Shown here: positions 1 to 9,789 of the stretch, in pieces
Layout: each line of letters opens with the position of its first letter
Position numbering within the stretch: position 1 is the stretch's first letter
Source of the DNA: Acidobacteriota bacterium
GTDB taxonomy: Bacteria > Acidobacteriota > Thermoanaerobaculia > Multivoradales > JAGPDF01
DNA length: 64,000 nucleotides
Assembly: GCA_014584695.1 (NCBI GenBank)
Contig: JACTMI010000032.1
Span: forward strand, 105,265-169,264
Reading direction: 5' to 3'
Notes under the pieces: generated by a model
The model's input: the letters and a program-made list of their open reading frames with translations, nothing else
The model's database searches: none
What the model was told of the DNA's origin: nothing
Made by a program: the position numbers and the translations under genes

Positions 1-2211
1 GCCGCGGCGTTCGGCGCGGCGGCGGCGGAGCTGCCCGACGTCGGCGAGTACCGCTTCCGCAAGGAGGGCCGGCCGCACTTCCACGCGCCCGCCGAAGTGC
101 GCGTGCTGCAGCGGGCGGCGGGCTTCGGCCGGTCGCGGGACGCGGGACGGTCTGGCGACGCCGAGGCTTACAGCGAGCACCGGCGCGCGGTGCGCTGCCG
201 GCCGCCGGCGACGCTGCTCGACCTGCTGGAGCCGCGCCCCGCGCAGTGCGCCCTGCCGCTCGAGCAGGTCGAGCCGGTGGAGGCGATCGCCTGGCGCTTC
301 TTCGCGCCCGGGATGAGCGAGGGGGCGCTCTCGGAGCCCGCCCACCGCGCGGTGGCGCGCGGCCTCAATCTGCTCCAGCGCTGGTGCCGGCGCCGCTTCC
401 ACCGCGCCGGGACGCCGCCGCCTCCGGGCCTGGGGCCGTTCGCCAACTCCGGCGAGGGGGGCTTCGCCAAGGCGCGGATCGGCCGCGCGGACGGCAACCG
501 GTCGGTGCAGTACGCCGGCGGGCGGTTCACCGTCACGCCGGAGACGGCCGCGCGCGCGGAGGAGGCCGAGGTCAAGTTCGCGCAAGGCGCGAAACCGGGC
601 AAGGGCGGGCAGCTGCCGGGGCGCAAAGTGTCGGCGCGGATCGCGAGTCAGCGCGGCTGCCTGCCCGGCTTCGAGCTGGTGTCACCGCCGGTCAACCACA
701 ATCTCTACTCGATCGAGGACGTCAAGCTGATGCTCGAGAGCTGGCGCCACCTGAATCCCGAGGTGCGCTGCGCGCTCAAGTACGTGGCGACGCACGGCAT
801 CGCCCTGGTCTGCCTCGGGGGCGTCAACGCCGGCGCCGAGCGGCTCCACTTGTCGGGCGGCTGCGGCGGCACCGGAGCGGCCAAGCGGGTGGACCAGAAG
901 CACGCCGGCGTCCCGGTCGAGGTGGTCCTGCCCAAGGTGCACGACCTGCTCGCCGAGGCGGCGGTGCGCGAGCGGGTCGAGCTCTCGGTCGACGGTGGCC
1001 TCGAGACCGGCGAGCAGGTGGTGGCTCTGGCGCTGCTCGGCGCCGATCGCTTCGGCTTCGGCACCTCGCTGCTGATCGCCCTCGGCTGCTCGATGATGCG
1101 CCAGTGCCACCTCGCCGGGCCGCAACCGGGCGACCCCTCCGGGCGGCGCCGGCTCGGCTGCACGCCGGGCGTCGCCACCCAGGATCCCCGCCTGGTCGCC
1201 AACTTCCGGGGGCGGGCGCGCTCGATCGCGAACTACCTCCTGCTGGTGGCGGCGGAGGCGCGAGAGCACCTGGCGCGGCTCGGGGCGCGGAGCCTGGGCG
1301 AGGTGGTCGGCCGCCGCGACCTGCTCGCGCGGCGCGCCGGGCTGGCGGGCAAGGCGGCGCGGATCGATCTCTCCCCGCTGCTCGGCGCGCCGCCGCTCCG
1401 GGTGCCGGCGCGCCGGCCCGAAGCGCAGCGCGAGCGGTTCGCGGTGGCGCCGCGCTGGGCGGAGATCGACGCCGCGCGCCGCGCCCTGGCGGGGGAGACG
1501 GTGACGGTCGAGGGCGCGCTCACGAACCGGGATCGCTGCGTCGGCGTCGGCGCCGCCGGGCTGGTGGCGCGAGCTCGGGGCGACGCGGGTCTGGGCGGCG
1601 GGGAGGTCCGATTCCGTCACCGCGGCGCGGCGGGGCACTTCTACGCCGCCTATGCCCTCGACGGCCTGGACTTCCGCCTCGACGGCGTCGCCGCCGACTC
1701 CTGTTTCACCGCCGCGCACGGCGGCCGACTGGTCATCCGGCCGGAGCACGGCGACGGCTCCCTGGCGGTGGTGGGCAACACCTTCGCCTACGGCGCGCGC
1801 GCGGGGCGCGCCTATCTCGCCGGCCGCGCCGGCAACCGCTTCGCGATCTGCTTGCGGTGCGGACCGGGCGGGGCCGGCCCGCGGCTGGTGGTCGAGGGGG
1901 TCGAGGCCAACGCCTTCCAGTACATGACCGGCGGCCTGGCCCTGGTGCTGGGCCCGATCGGTTTCAATCTCGGCGCCGGCATGACCGGCGGCACCGTCTA
2001 CCTGCTCGAGGCCCCGGAGAGCCGGCTCGATCGGCGCTACGTCCGGCGATTGCCGCTCGACCTCGAGGACGGCGGGATCGTGCGCGCGCTGCTTGCGGAG
2101 CACGTCGAGGCGACGGCGAGCCCGGCGGCGGCGCGACTGCTGGCCGCCTTCGAGCCCGCCCGTTTCTGGAAGGTCGTCACCCGCCTGGAGCCGGAACCGG
2201 TCGAGGAGTGA
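1..2211 (+). CDS. gltB: Glutamate synthase large subunit, C-terminal part (FMN-binding and GXGXG domains); 5' end lies outside the window
   Basis: Frame 1 is open from base 1. Motifs PPVNHNLYSIEDV...SGGCGGTGAA and the GXGXG-type C-terminus (GNTFAYGARAG...GPGGAGPRLVVEG) are typical of GltB. Confidence 0.85.
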   Translation, partial: AAAFGAAAAELPDVGEYRFRKEGRPHFHAPAEVRVLQRAAGFGRSRDAGRSGDAEAYSEHRRAVRCRPPATLLDLLEPRPAQCALPLEQVEPVEAIAWRFFAPGMSEGALSEPAHRAVARGLNLLQRWCRRRFHRAGTPPPPGLGPFANSGEGGFAKARIGRADGNRSVQYAGGRFTVTPETAARAEEAEVKFAQGAKPGKGGQLPGRKVSARIASQRGCLPGFELVSPPVNHNLYSIEDVKLMLESWRHLNPEVRCALKYVATHGIALVCLGGVNAGAERLHLSGGCGGTGAAKRVDQKHAGVPVEVVLPKVHDLLAEAAVRERVELSVDGGLETGEQVVALALLGADRFGFGTSLLIALGCSMMRQCHLAGPQPGDPSGRRRLGCTPGVATQDPRLVANFRGRARSIANYLLLVAAEAREHLARLGARSLGEVVGRRDLLARRAGLAGKAARIDLSPLLGAPPLRVPARRPEAQRERFAVAPRWAEIDAARRALAGETVTVEGALTNRDRCVGVGAAGLVARARGDAGLGGGEVRFRHRGAAGHFYAAYALDGLDFRLDGVAADSCFTAAHGGRLVIRPEHGDGSLAVVGNTFAYGARAGRAYLAGRAGNRFAICLRCGPGGAGPRLVVEGVEANAFQYMTGGLALVLGPIGFNLGAGMTGGTVYLLEAPESRLDRRYVRRLPLDLEDGGIVRALLAEHVEATASPAAARLLAAFEPARFWKVVTRLEPEPVEE

Positions 2212-2232
2212 CCGGAAGGGTCCCGCCGCGGC

Positions 2233-2820
2233 TCAGCTGCGGGGCGGGAAGCCCGATTCGGCGCAGGCACGCGCCAAGAGGTCGGCGACGCCGAGCTCGA
2301 CCGCCCAGCCGTCCATGTAGGCCCGATCGATGGTCGGCTTCTGGACCTTGAGCACGCCGAGCACGTCCAGCCACTGGCGCTCCGACAGCTCGCCGCCCTG
2401 GCGGTACCAGCGCAGCTTCTGCAAGACGAGATCCTCGGGCGAAGCGATCTCGAATCCCGCGCCCTCGATGCCCGGCGCGGCGATGCGCCGCCGCCGCGGA
2501 ATCTGCTGGCGCGCGAAGGGATCGGAGCCGAGCAGGTAGACATCCACTTTGAGCGCCCGCTCCAGGTGGATCATGTTGAACGAAGAGCGGCGCGCGACCG
2601 CGTGACGAATCCGCTCCTCGTCGAGGTAGAACTCTCCGCTCAGAGCCTCGACGAATGGAGCCACGTGCGGAGACCGCAGATCGGCGACGACATCCGCGTC
2701 CTGGGTGGTGCGATAGATGCCGAGAGCCGAGCTCGCGATCGACCCGCCGACCAGGTAGGGGACTCTCAACCGCTCGAGCGTGCTGGTGACCCGCAAGAGG
2801 ATCTGGAGATCGGGGAACAC
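2233..2820 (-). CDS. Pol-beta-superfamily nucleotidyltransferase-fold protein (AbiEii-like size)
   Basis: 195-aa ORF with a GGS...G...DADV (GS-X-DxD) nucleotidyltransferase motif near the N-terminus. Confidence 0.5.
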   Translation of the reverse strand: MFPDLQILLRVTSTLERLRVPYLVGGSIASSALGIYRTTQDADVVADLRSPHVAPFVEALSGEFYLDEERIRHAVARRSSFNMIHLERALKVDVYLLGSDPFARQQIPRRRRIAAPGIEGAGFEIASPEDLVLQKLRWYRQGGELSERQWLDVLGVLKVQKPTIDRAYMDGWAVELGVADLLARACAESGFPPRS

Positions 2821-2824
2821 GCGG

Positions 2825-3088
2825 TCACCAGCCTTCGCGTTCAGGGTCCCATCCGAAGGCCTTCACCATCAGCTCGCGTCCTAGATGGAGCGCGGCGAGC
2901 CGTAGCGTCACCTCCCGCTCCGCAGTCGCTGGTCCGTACTGCCGCCGGATCCGGTCGGCGGCCAGCGCGCGGGCCGACTCCGTCAGCTCGTACATTCGCC
3001 GCAGCCGATCCTCGTCGGAGAGCCGCCTCAGCATCGAGACGAGGATCTCCTCGACCTCGGCGGTGGTGTCGATGGACTGGGTGTTCAA
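2825..3088 (-). CDS. Small hypothetical protein, possible partner of the downstream nucleotidyltransferase
   Basis: 87-aa ORF, same strand, 4-nt gap to the nucleotidyltransferase ORF. No recognisable motif. Confidence 0.35.
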   Translation of the reverse strand: MNTQSIDTTAEVEEILVSMLRRLSDEDRLRRMYELTESARALAADRIRRQYGPATAEREVTLRLAALHLGRELMVKAFGWDPEREGW

Positions 3089-3151
3089 GGCAGCCTCGGG
3101 GGCGATCCTACTCTCCAGGCCGCCGTCGCGTGTACCTCCGGCCAGGGCCCC

Positions 3152-4810
<1,659 letters not shown>

Positions 4811-5028
4811 GCGGGCTCTACCCTCCTGGAGAACCTGGAAGTTTATCGCGCCGCTCGAGGGCGCCGGCCGGATCGGGGCCCGCGCGGGGGGCCCGTCCTC
4901 TCCTGCCGCGCCGCGGCGTGCGCCGCGACCGCCCAGGGGCCAGACTCACCGCCACGGAGCGGCGGCGGGGCTGGATGCCCGTCGAGGTTCCAGGCCGGCG
5001 TCGATCGAGTGCTGCGGGGGACCGAGGG

Positions 5029-5580
5029 ATGGAGCGAGGTCGAATCCTGGGGGGCATCCGGCTCGCGGCGCTGCTCACTGTGGTGGCGCTGCCCGCCGCG
5101 ACGGCGCAAGAGGCCACCCGCGAGGATCCACTCGCGGGCTTCGAGGTCTCCGCCAAGGAGATCGGCTGGGCGGGGATCCGGGTCGGGATGTCGTTCGTCC
5201 AGGCCGAGCGCCGGGCCAGCTCGACGCTGCCGTTGGTCCAACGCAAAGGGGCGCGCTGCGGCTCCTGGGCCTCCGCCGCCGAACGGGACGGCCTGACCCT
5301 CGAGCTCGGCTTCTCGGGTTCGAAGCCGGGGGCCAAGATCGAGACGATCTTCGTCCGCTTCGAGGGCTATCAGGTGGCGGCCAACACGGCCGATCTGGTC
5401 GCCGCGCTCCGGCGCCACGCGCCCGCCGCGAAGTACGTTCCCGACCCCGCCCTGCCGGACCAGACCGAAGCCGACGACTTGGCGCCGGTTTACGAGCTGC
5501 GCGGCGAACGCGAGCTCTGGGCGGTCCACATCCGCCCCCGCGACGGCCTGCTGATCGCCCGCCGGGACTGCCTACGGTGA
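5029..5580 (+). CDS. Hypothetical secreted protein
   Basis: In-frame ATG at 5029 followed by signal-peptide-like LAALLTVVALPAATAQE. No family recognised. Confidence 0.4.
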   Translation: MERGRILGGIRLAALLTVVALPAATAQEATREDPLAGFEVSAKEIGWAGIRVGMSFVQAERRASSTLPLVQRKGARCGSWASAAERDGLTLELGFSGSKPGAKIETIFVRFEGYQVAANTADLVAALRRHAPAAKYVPDPALPDQTEADDLAPVYELRGERELWAVHIRPRDGLLIARRDCLR

Positions 5581-5616
5581 CCTGAAAGGGGAGGGCACGC
5601 GGGGTTTCATCTAGAA

Positions 5617-5638
5617 GGGGAGGGCACGCGCCCTCCCC
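5617..5638. terminator. GC-rich hairpin (GGGGAGGGC-acgc-GCCCTCCCC) 37 nt after the stop of the + strand gene; no U-tract
   Basis: Perfect 9-bp inverted repeat with a 4-nt loop, read directly. Confidence 0.3.
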
Positions 5639-5650
5639 TCGGCCAGCGGA

Positions 5651-5801
5651 GTGAATCCGCTGGCCTCACCCCACCGCGGTCGCTCGCCTGGCGGCTCGCT
5701 CCGCTGGCTCCGTCTCACCTCTCCGCGGTCGCTCGCCTGGCGGCTCGCTCCGCTGGCTCCGTCTCACCCCTCCGCGGTCGCTCGCCTGGCGGCTCGCTCT
5801 T
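5651..5801. repeat. 49-bp direct tandem repeat, about 3 copies (CCGCGGTCGCTCGCCTGGCGGCTCGCTCCGCTGGCTCCGTCTCACC...)
   Basis: CCGCGGT recurs at 5674, 5723 and 5772 (period 49), with near-identical units between convergent genes. Confidence 0.7.
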
Positions 5802-5832
5802 TGGACTCTTCCATCGGGGAGAGCACTGGCGG

Positions 5833-8166
5833 TCAGAACCTCAGGCGGTAGCTGGTGGTGAGCTGGCGGCCGGGTTCGGGGCGGAAGAAGGTGGCGTTCG
5901 AGAACTCGGCGTAGAGCTCGTCGGTCAGGTTCTCGAGCTGCAGGGTCAGGGAGTGGCTCTGCCGCCCGCGCTCGAACAGCAGCACGCCGGCGCCCAGGGT
6001 GTGGACCGTGAAGGCCGGCAGGCGCGCGCCGATCGCCGGCGCCGGCTCGCCCTCGTCGAGCACCACGTCGTCGGCGCCGTTGTGCCGCACCCGGTACTCC
6101 GTCCACCACCGTCCGGAGGGGGCCTCGTAGCGCGCGTAGGCGGCGAGCTTGTCGGCGTATTGGTTCTCGACCGGCGCCGCCGAGGTGCCGATCCGCTCGT
6201 CCTGGAGGTGGGTGTAGTTCAGGCCGAGCGACAGGCCGAAGCGCGTCCGGTAGCCCGTTGCCACCTCGAGGCCCTCGTACCGGAGCTTGTCGAGATTGCG
6301 CTGCTGGACGACGAACTGGGCGCCGCTGCGGGAGATCGCGTCGCGGACCTCGGCCGGCAGCGCGGCCACTTCGGCCGGCGACAGGAAGTCCTGGACGATG
6401 CCGTCGCGGATCTCGGTGCGGAACCAGACCGCCTCGAAGAAGACGTTGCTGCGCCGGTACTTGAGCCCGAGGTCGACGTTGCCGCTGTTCTCCGAGGTCA
6501 GGTCCGGGTTGAGGATCTGGTAGCCGGCCCCTTCCGGCGTCGGGCCGTTGAACAGCCGCTCGATGATGTTGGGCGCCCGGAAGGCGGTGCCGTAGGAGAC
6601 CAGGAAGTTGAGGCTCGGCGTCGCCTGGAAGAGCAGGTTGGCGGTGCCGACGACCTCGTCGTCCTCGAAATCGAGGCCGCGCACGTCCCACTCCGGCGTC
6701 GGCCGCGCGCGCGTCTCGACCTTCTGATAGCGGGCGCCGACGGTCGCCTTGACGCGCTCGCCGAGCGGAATCTCGTCCTGCGCGAAGACGCCCCAGGAGG
6801 TGTTCTGCGCGTTCGGCGCGTTGGGCCGCGTGTTCGTCTGGGTGTCGGTGACGCGGAAGGGCGGGAAGGGGAAGCGGATCGTCGTCACCGTGAGCGAGGA
6901 GTCGGTGTTGGTCGAATCGTCCCGGTAGCCCTCGACGCCGTAGGTCAGCAGCTGGCGGGCGGGCAGCGCCTTGATCAGCTCCGCGCGCAGGCCGAAGGTC
7001 TCGAGCCGGCTCCGGTTCAGGGTGTCGGCCTCGACCGAGGAGGGCGGCGCGCCGGGGAAGATCGGACCGATGTCGATGTCGATGTCGTTGGCGAGCTGGC
7101 GGTCGTTGACCTGGCGGTAGGTCTGGATCTCGAGCGAATCGGCGAGCGCTCCGCCGACCGCGCTGGCGGCCCAGCCCAGCGTGGTGCGGTCGAACTCCTG
7201 GTAGGGATAGGTGATGCGGATCCGGAAGGTGTCGCTCTCGTCCAGGAGCGTCGGATCGACGAAACCGAAGCCGGTCTCGTCGGCGCGATAGCGGCGGTGC
7301 CGCAGCGTCAGGGTGTTGCGGTCGTCGAGGTCGTAGGCGGCGACGGCGAACAGGCTGTCGTCGTCGACGCCGGTGTCGTTGACCACCACCTCGTCGTCGA
7401 GGCGGACGTCACCGAAGCGGCCGGCGGCCGCCTCGTAGTCGTCCACCGAGCGGGTCGAGCCGGAGAGCGACGCGCGCAGCTTGCCGACCGCGAAACGGAC
7501 TCCGCCCTGGAAGCGGGTGAGGTCTCCCTGCGTCCCGTAGCGGGCCTCGGCGTCGACGCCCAGGCGGGCGCCGTCGGCGAAGGTCGGGCTCTGGGTGATC
7601 AGGTTGAGCACCCCGCCGACCGCGTCGGAACCGTAGAGGACCGACATCGGGCCGCGCACGACCTCGACCGTGCGCAGGTCGCCGACGTCGACCAGGCCGG
7701 TGATCTCGCCGAAGTCGGTCTGTCGGCGAGCGTTGTTGAGCCGCAGGCCATCCTCCAGGAAGAGGATCCGGAGGCCCCTCTGGCCGCGAATCACCGGCCG
7801 CGTCTGGTTGATGCCGACGCCGTTGACGTCGACGCCCGGCTCGTCGCGCAGCAGGTCGGCGGCGCTGTCGGGGAGCCTGCGCTCGACCACCAGGCGAGGG
7901 ATCACCGTGACCGGAGTCGTGACCTCGAACGCGTCGACTTCGCGGCCGAGCGCGGTGACGGTGGTGGCGGCGTAGAAGGAGGCCGCCGGCGCCTCGGGGG
8001 CCGGCGTGGACGAAGTCGTGGCGGAGTCGCTCTCCGCCCTCGAGTCGGCGGCCGCGGTCGTGGCCTCGGCGGTCGCCGGGGTGGCTTCGGGACGGCTCTC
8101 GGCCGCCACCAGGGCGGGCAGCGCCGCGATCGACAGGGCGAAGGACAGGGTAAAGAAGCGTCGCAT
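5833..8166 (-). CDS. TonB-dependent outer-membrane receptor
   Basis: Signal peptide MRRFFTLSFALSIAALPALVAA, plug and barrel-like sequence, C-terminal aromatic ...SYRLRF. Start set at the internal ATG at 8166. Confidence 0.85.
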   Translation of the reverse strand: MRRFFTLSFALSIAALPALVAAESRPEATPATAEATTAAADSRAESDSATTSSTPAPEAPAASFYAATTVTALGREVDAFEVTTPVTVIPRLVVERRLPDSAADLLRDEPGVDVNGVGINQTRPVIRGQRGLRILFLEDGLRLNNARRQTDFGEITGLVDVGDLRTVEVVRGPMSVLYGSDAVGGVLNLITQSPTFADGARLGVDAEARYGTQGDLTRFQGGVRFAVGKLRASLSGSTRSVDDYEAAAGRFGDVRLDDEVVVNDTGVDDDSLFAVAAYDLDDRNTLTLRHRRYRADETGFGFVDPTLLDESDTFRIRITYPYQEFDRTTLGWAASAVGGALADSLEIQTYRQVNDRQLANDIDIDIGPIFPGAPPSSVEADTLNRSRLETFGLRAELIKALPARQLLTYGVEGYRDDSTNTDSSLTVTTIRFPFPPFRVTDTQTNTRPNAPNAQNTSWGVFAQDEIPLGERVKATVGARYQKVETRARPTPEWDVRGLDFEDDEVVGTANLLFQATPSLNFLVSYGTAFRAPNIIERLFNGPTPEGAGYQILNPDLTSENSGNVDLGLKYRRSNVFFEAVWFRTEIRDGIVQDFLSPAEVAALPAEVRDAISRSGAQFVVQQRNLDKLRYEGLEVATGYRTRFGLSLGLNYTHLQDERIGTSAAPVENQYADKLAAYARYEAPSGRWWTEYRVRHNGADDVVLDEGEPAPAIGARLPAFTVHTLGAGVLLFERGRQSHSLTLQLENLTDELYAEFSNATFFRPEPGRQLTTSYRLRF

Positions 8167-8174
8167 GGTCTCTC

Positions 8175-8214
8175 CCGGATTCGAGCGTCGTGCTGGCGAG
8201 GCGCTCGAATCCGG
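8175..8214 (-). promoter_or_regulatory. Perfect 13-bp stem (CCGGATTCGAGCG/CGCTCGAATCCGG, 14-nt loop) ending 9 nt before the receptor start codon
   Basis: Inverted repeat read directly. Its 3' arm overlaps a GGGAGA Shine-Dalgarno-like sequence. Confidence 0.3.
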
Positions 8215-8248
8215 CGGCACACCCGCCGGCCTTGGAGGCCGTCACCAG

Positions 8249-8779
8249 TCAGGCGGTTGCGGGGAGAGCCGGAGGGGGGCGGGGAGAGAAGTGGCTGGGA
8301 CCGGCGCCGGGCGCCGGTGGCCGCCGCGGTAGGGCGCGCGCCCGGCGCACGCGCCGCGGCGGCAGGAGGCGGAATCGTGTCGCGCACCGGCGGCGGGCGA
8401 TCGAGAGCGACAGCGCGGCCGCCAGGCCGACCGGCAGGACGAGCAGGAGCTCCTGCGCGTGGACTCCGGCGACCACGACCGGCGAGGCGCCGACGTGGAG
8501 CAGCAGGACGAGCAGCCAGAAGACCAGGGCGGGCCGGCCGCGCGAGACCGACAGTCCGAACCGGCGCGCGGCGGCCATCGCCGCCAGCAAGCCGGCGCCC
8601 CCCAGCCAGCGGAGCAGGACCTCGGGCTCGCCGATCGTCGCGTCGAGCAGGCGGCGGCAGAGCAGCCAGCCGTGGAAGAGGGCGAGCGCGGTGACCGCTA
8701 CGCCGAGCGCGAAACGGGCGAGGCGGCCCGCGCGCGCCGGGAGCGCGCGCGGTGCTGTCGAGCGCTGCACCCGGTCCAT
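8249..8779 (-). CDS. Hypothetical integral membrane protein
   Basis: About 4 hydrophobic helices. Start chosen at the internal ATG (MDRVQ). The upstream part of the ORF is low-complexity. Confidence 0.4.
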   Translation of the reverse strand: MDRVQRSTAPRALPARAGRLARFALGVAVTALALFHGWLLCRRLLDATIGEPEVLLRWLGGAGLLAAMAAARRFGLSVSRGRPALVFWLLVLLLHVGASPVVVAGVHAQELLLVLPVGLAAALSLSIARRRCATRFRLLPPRRVRRARALPRRPPAPGAGPSHFSPRPPPALPATA

Positions 8780-8846
8780 GGCGCGGAAAGTATCAGCCTG
8801 GCCGGGAGCGCCCGCCACCCGGCCGGGCAGGTAGACTCCACCAGGA

Positions 8847-9782
8847 ATGCTCCACGTCACCAACGGCGACGCCGCGGTCGAGGGAATCGGGGCCGCTCAG
8901 ATCGGCGGCGATCTCCTCGCCTGGCGGGACGTGCTCCACGAGGGGCCGGTGCCGATGGGCGTCACCGCCGCCGAGCTGCGCACCGTGCGCGCCGGCTTCC
9001 TCGCCCGCTGCGGCTGGGCCGACGAGCGCGAAGTCCTGCGCCAGCTCGCGCGCCGCGACCAGCGGCTGGACAAGGCGATTGCCGCCGGCGAGGAGATCGT
9101 GCTCTGGTTCGAGCACGACCTCTACGATCAGCTCCAGCTCCTGCAGGTCCTGGATCGGCTCGCTTTCCAGCGCGGCGCGGCGCGCGTCTCGGCGGTTTTC
9201 TCCGGCGACTACCTCGCCGCCCAGTCGACCCCCGAGCTGGTCGCGCTGTTCGCCGCGGCGCGCGAGATCGGGCCGCTCGAGATCGAGCTCGGGCGGCGGG
9301 CCTGGGCGGCTTTCCGGTCGGAGGATCCGCGCCGCATCGAGGAGCTCCTCGCCGGCGACCTGTCGGCGCTGCCGTACCTGCGGCCGGCGCTCGCGCGCCA
9401 CCTGGAGCAGTTCCCGTCCACCACCGACGGGCTGTCGCGCAGCGAGCGCCAGGCGCTCGAGGAGCTGGCCGACGGTCCGCTGCCGGCGCTCGAGTTGTTC
9501 CGCGCCGCCCAGCGGCGGGAGCAGGCGCACTTCGTCGGCGACGCCGTCTTCGAGCTCTATCTCGCCGAGCTCGCGCGCGAGCCGAATCCGTTGGTCGAGC
9601 AGGCCGGGGAGGGCTACTGGCTGCTCACCGCGCTCGGCCGCGCAGTGCTCGCGGGCGAGGAGGACCGGGTCGCCGTGCGCGGGCTCGACCGGTGGCTCGG
9701 GGGGGTGCGGCTGCTCGCGCCCCGGCGCGTCTGGCGCTGGAATCCCACCGCCCGCCGACTGAAGCCGCCGCCCGGCGCCTGA
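8847..9782 (+). CDS. DUF1835-family protein
   Basis: N-terminus MLHVTNGDAAV matches the DUF1835 signature start. Confidence 0.55.
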   Translation: MLHVTNGDAAVEGIGAAQIGGDLLAWRDVLHEGPVPMGVTAAELRTVRAGFLARCGWADEREVLRQLARRDQRLDKAIAAGEEIVLWFEHDLYDQLQLLQVLDRLAFQRGAARVSAVFSGDYLAAQSTPELVALFAAAREIGPLEIELGRRAWAAFRSEDPRRIEELLAGDLSALPYLRPALARHLEQFPSTTDGLSRSERQALEELADGPLPALELFRAAQRREQAHFVGDAVFELYLAELAREPNPLVEQAGEGYWLLTALGRAVLAGEEDRVAVRGLDRWLGGVRLLAPRRVWRWNPTARRLKPPPGA

Positions 9783-9789
9783 GCTGGAG

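Noticed and set aside
246-2351. 701-aa + strand ORF (also 682-2103 on -) overlapping gltB
   Set aside because: Arg/Ala/Gly-rich low-complexity translations typical of out-of-frame reading in 70% GC DNA. The gltB frame carries clear conserved motifs.
5953-8694. 913-aa + strand ORF antisense to the TonB-dependent receptor
   Set aside because: A high-GC antisense artefact. The receptor frame on the - strand has a signal peptide and a C-terminal F.
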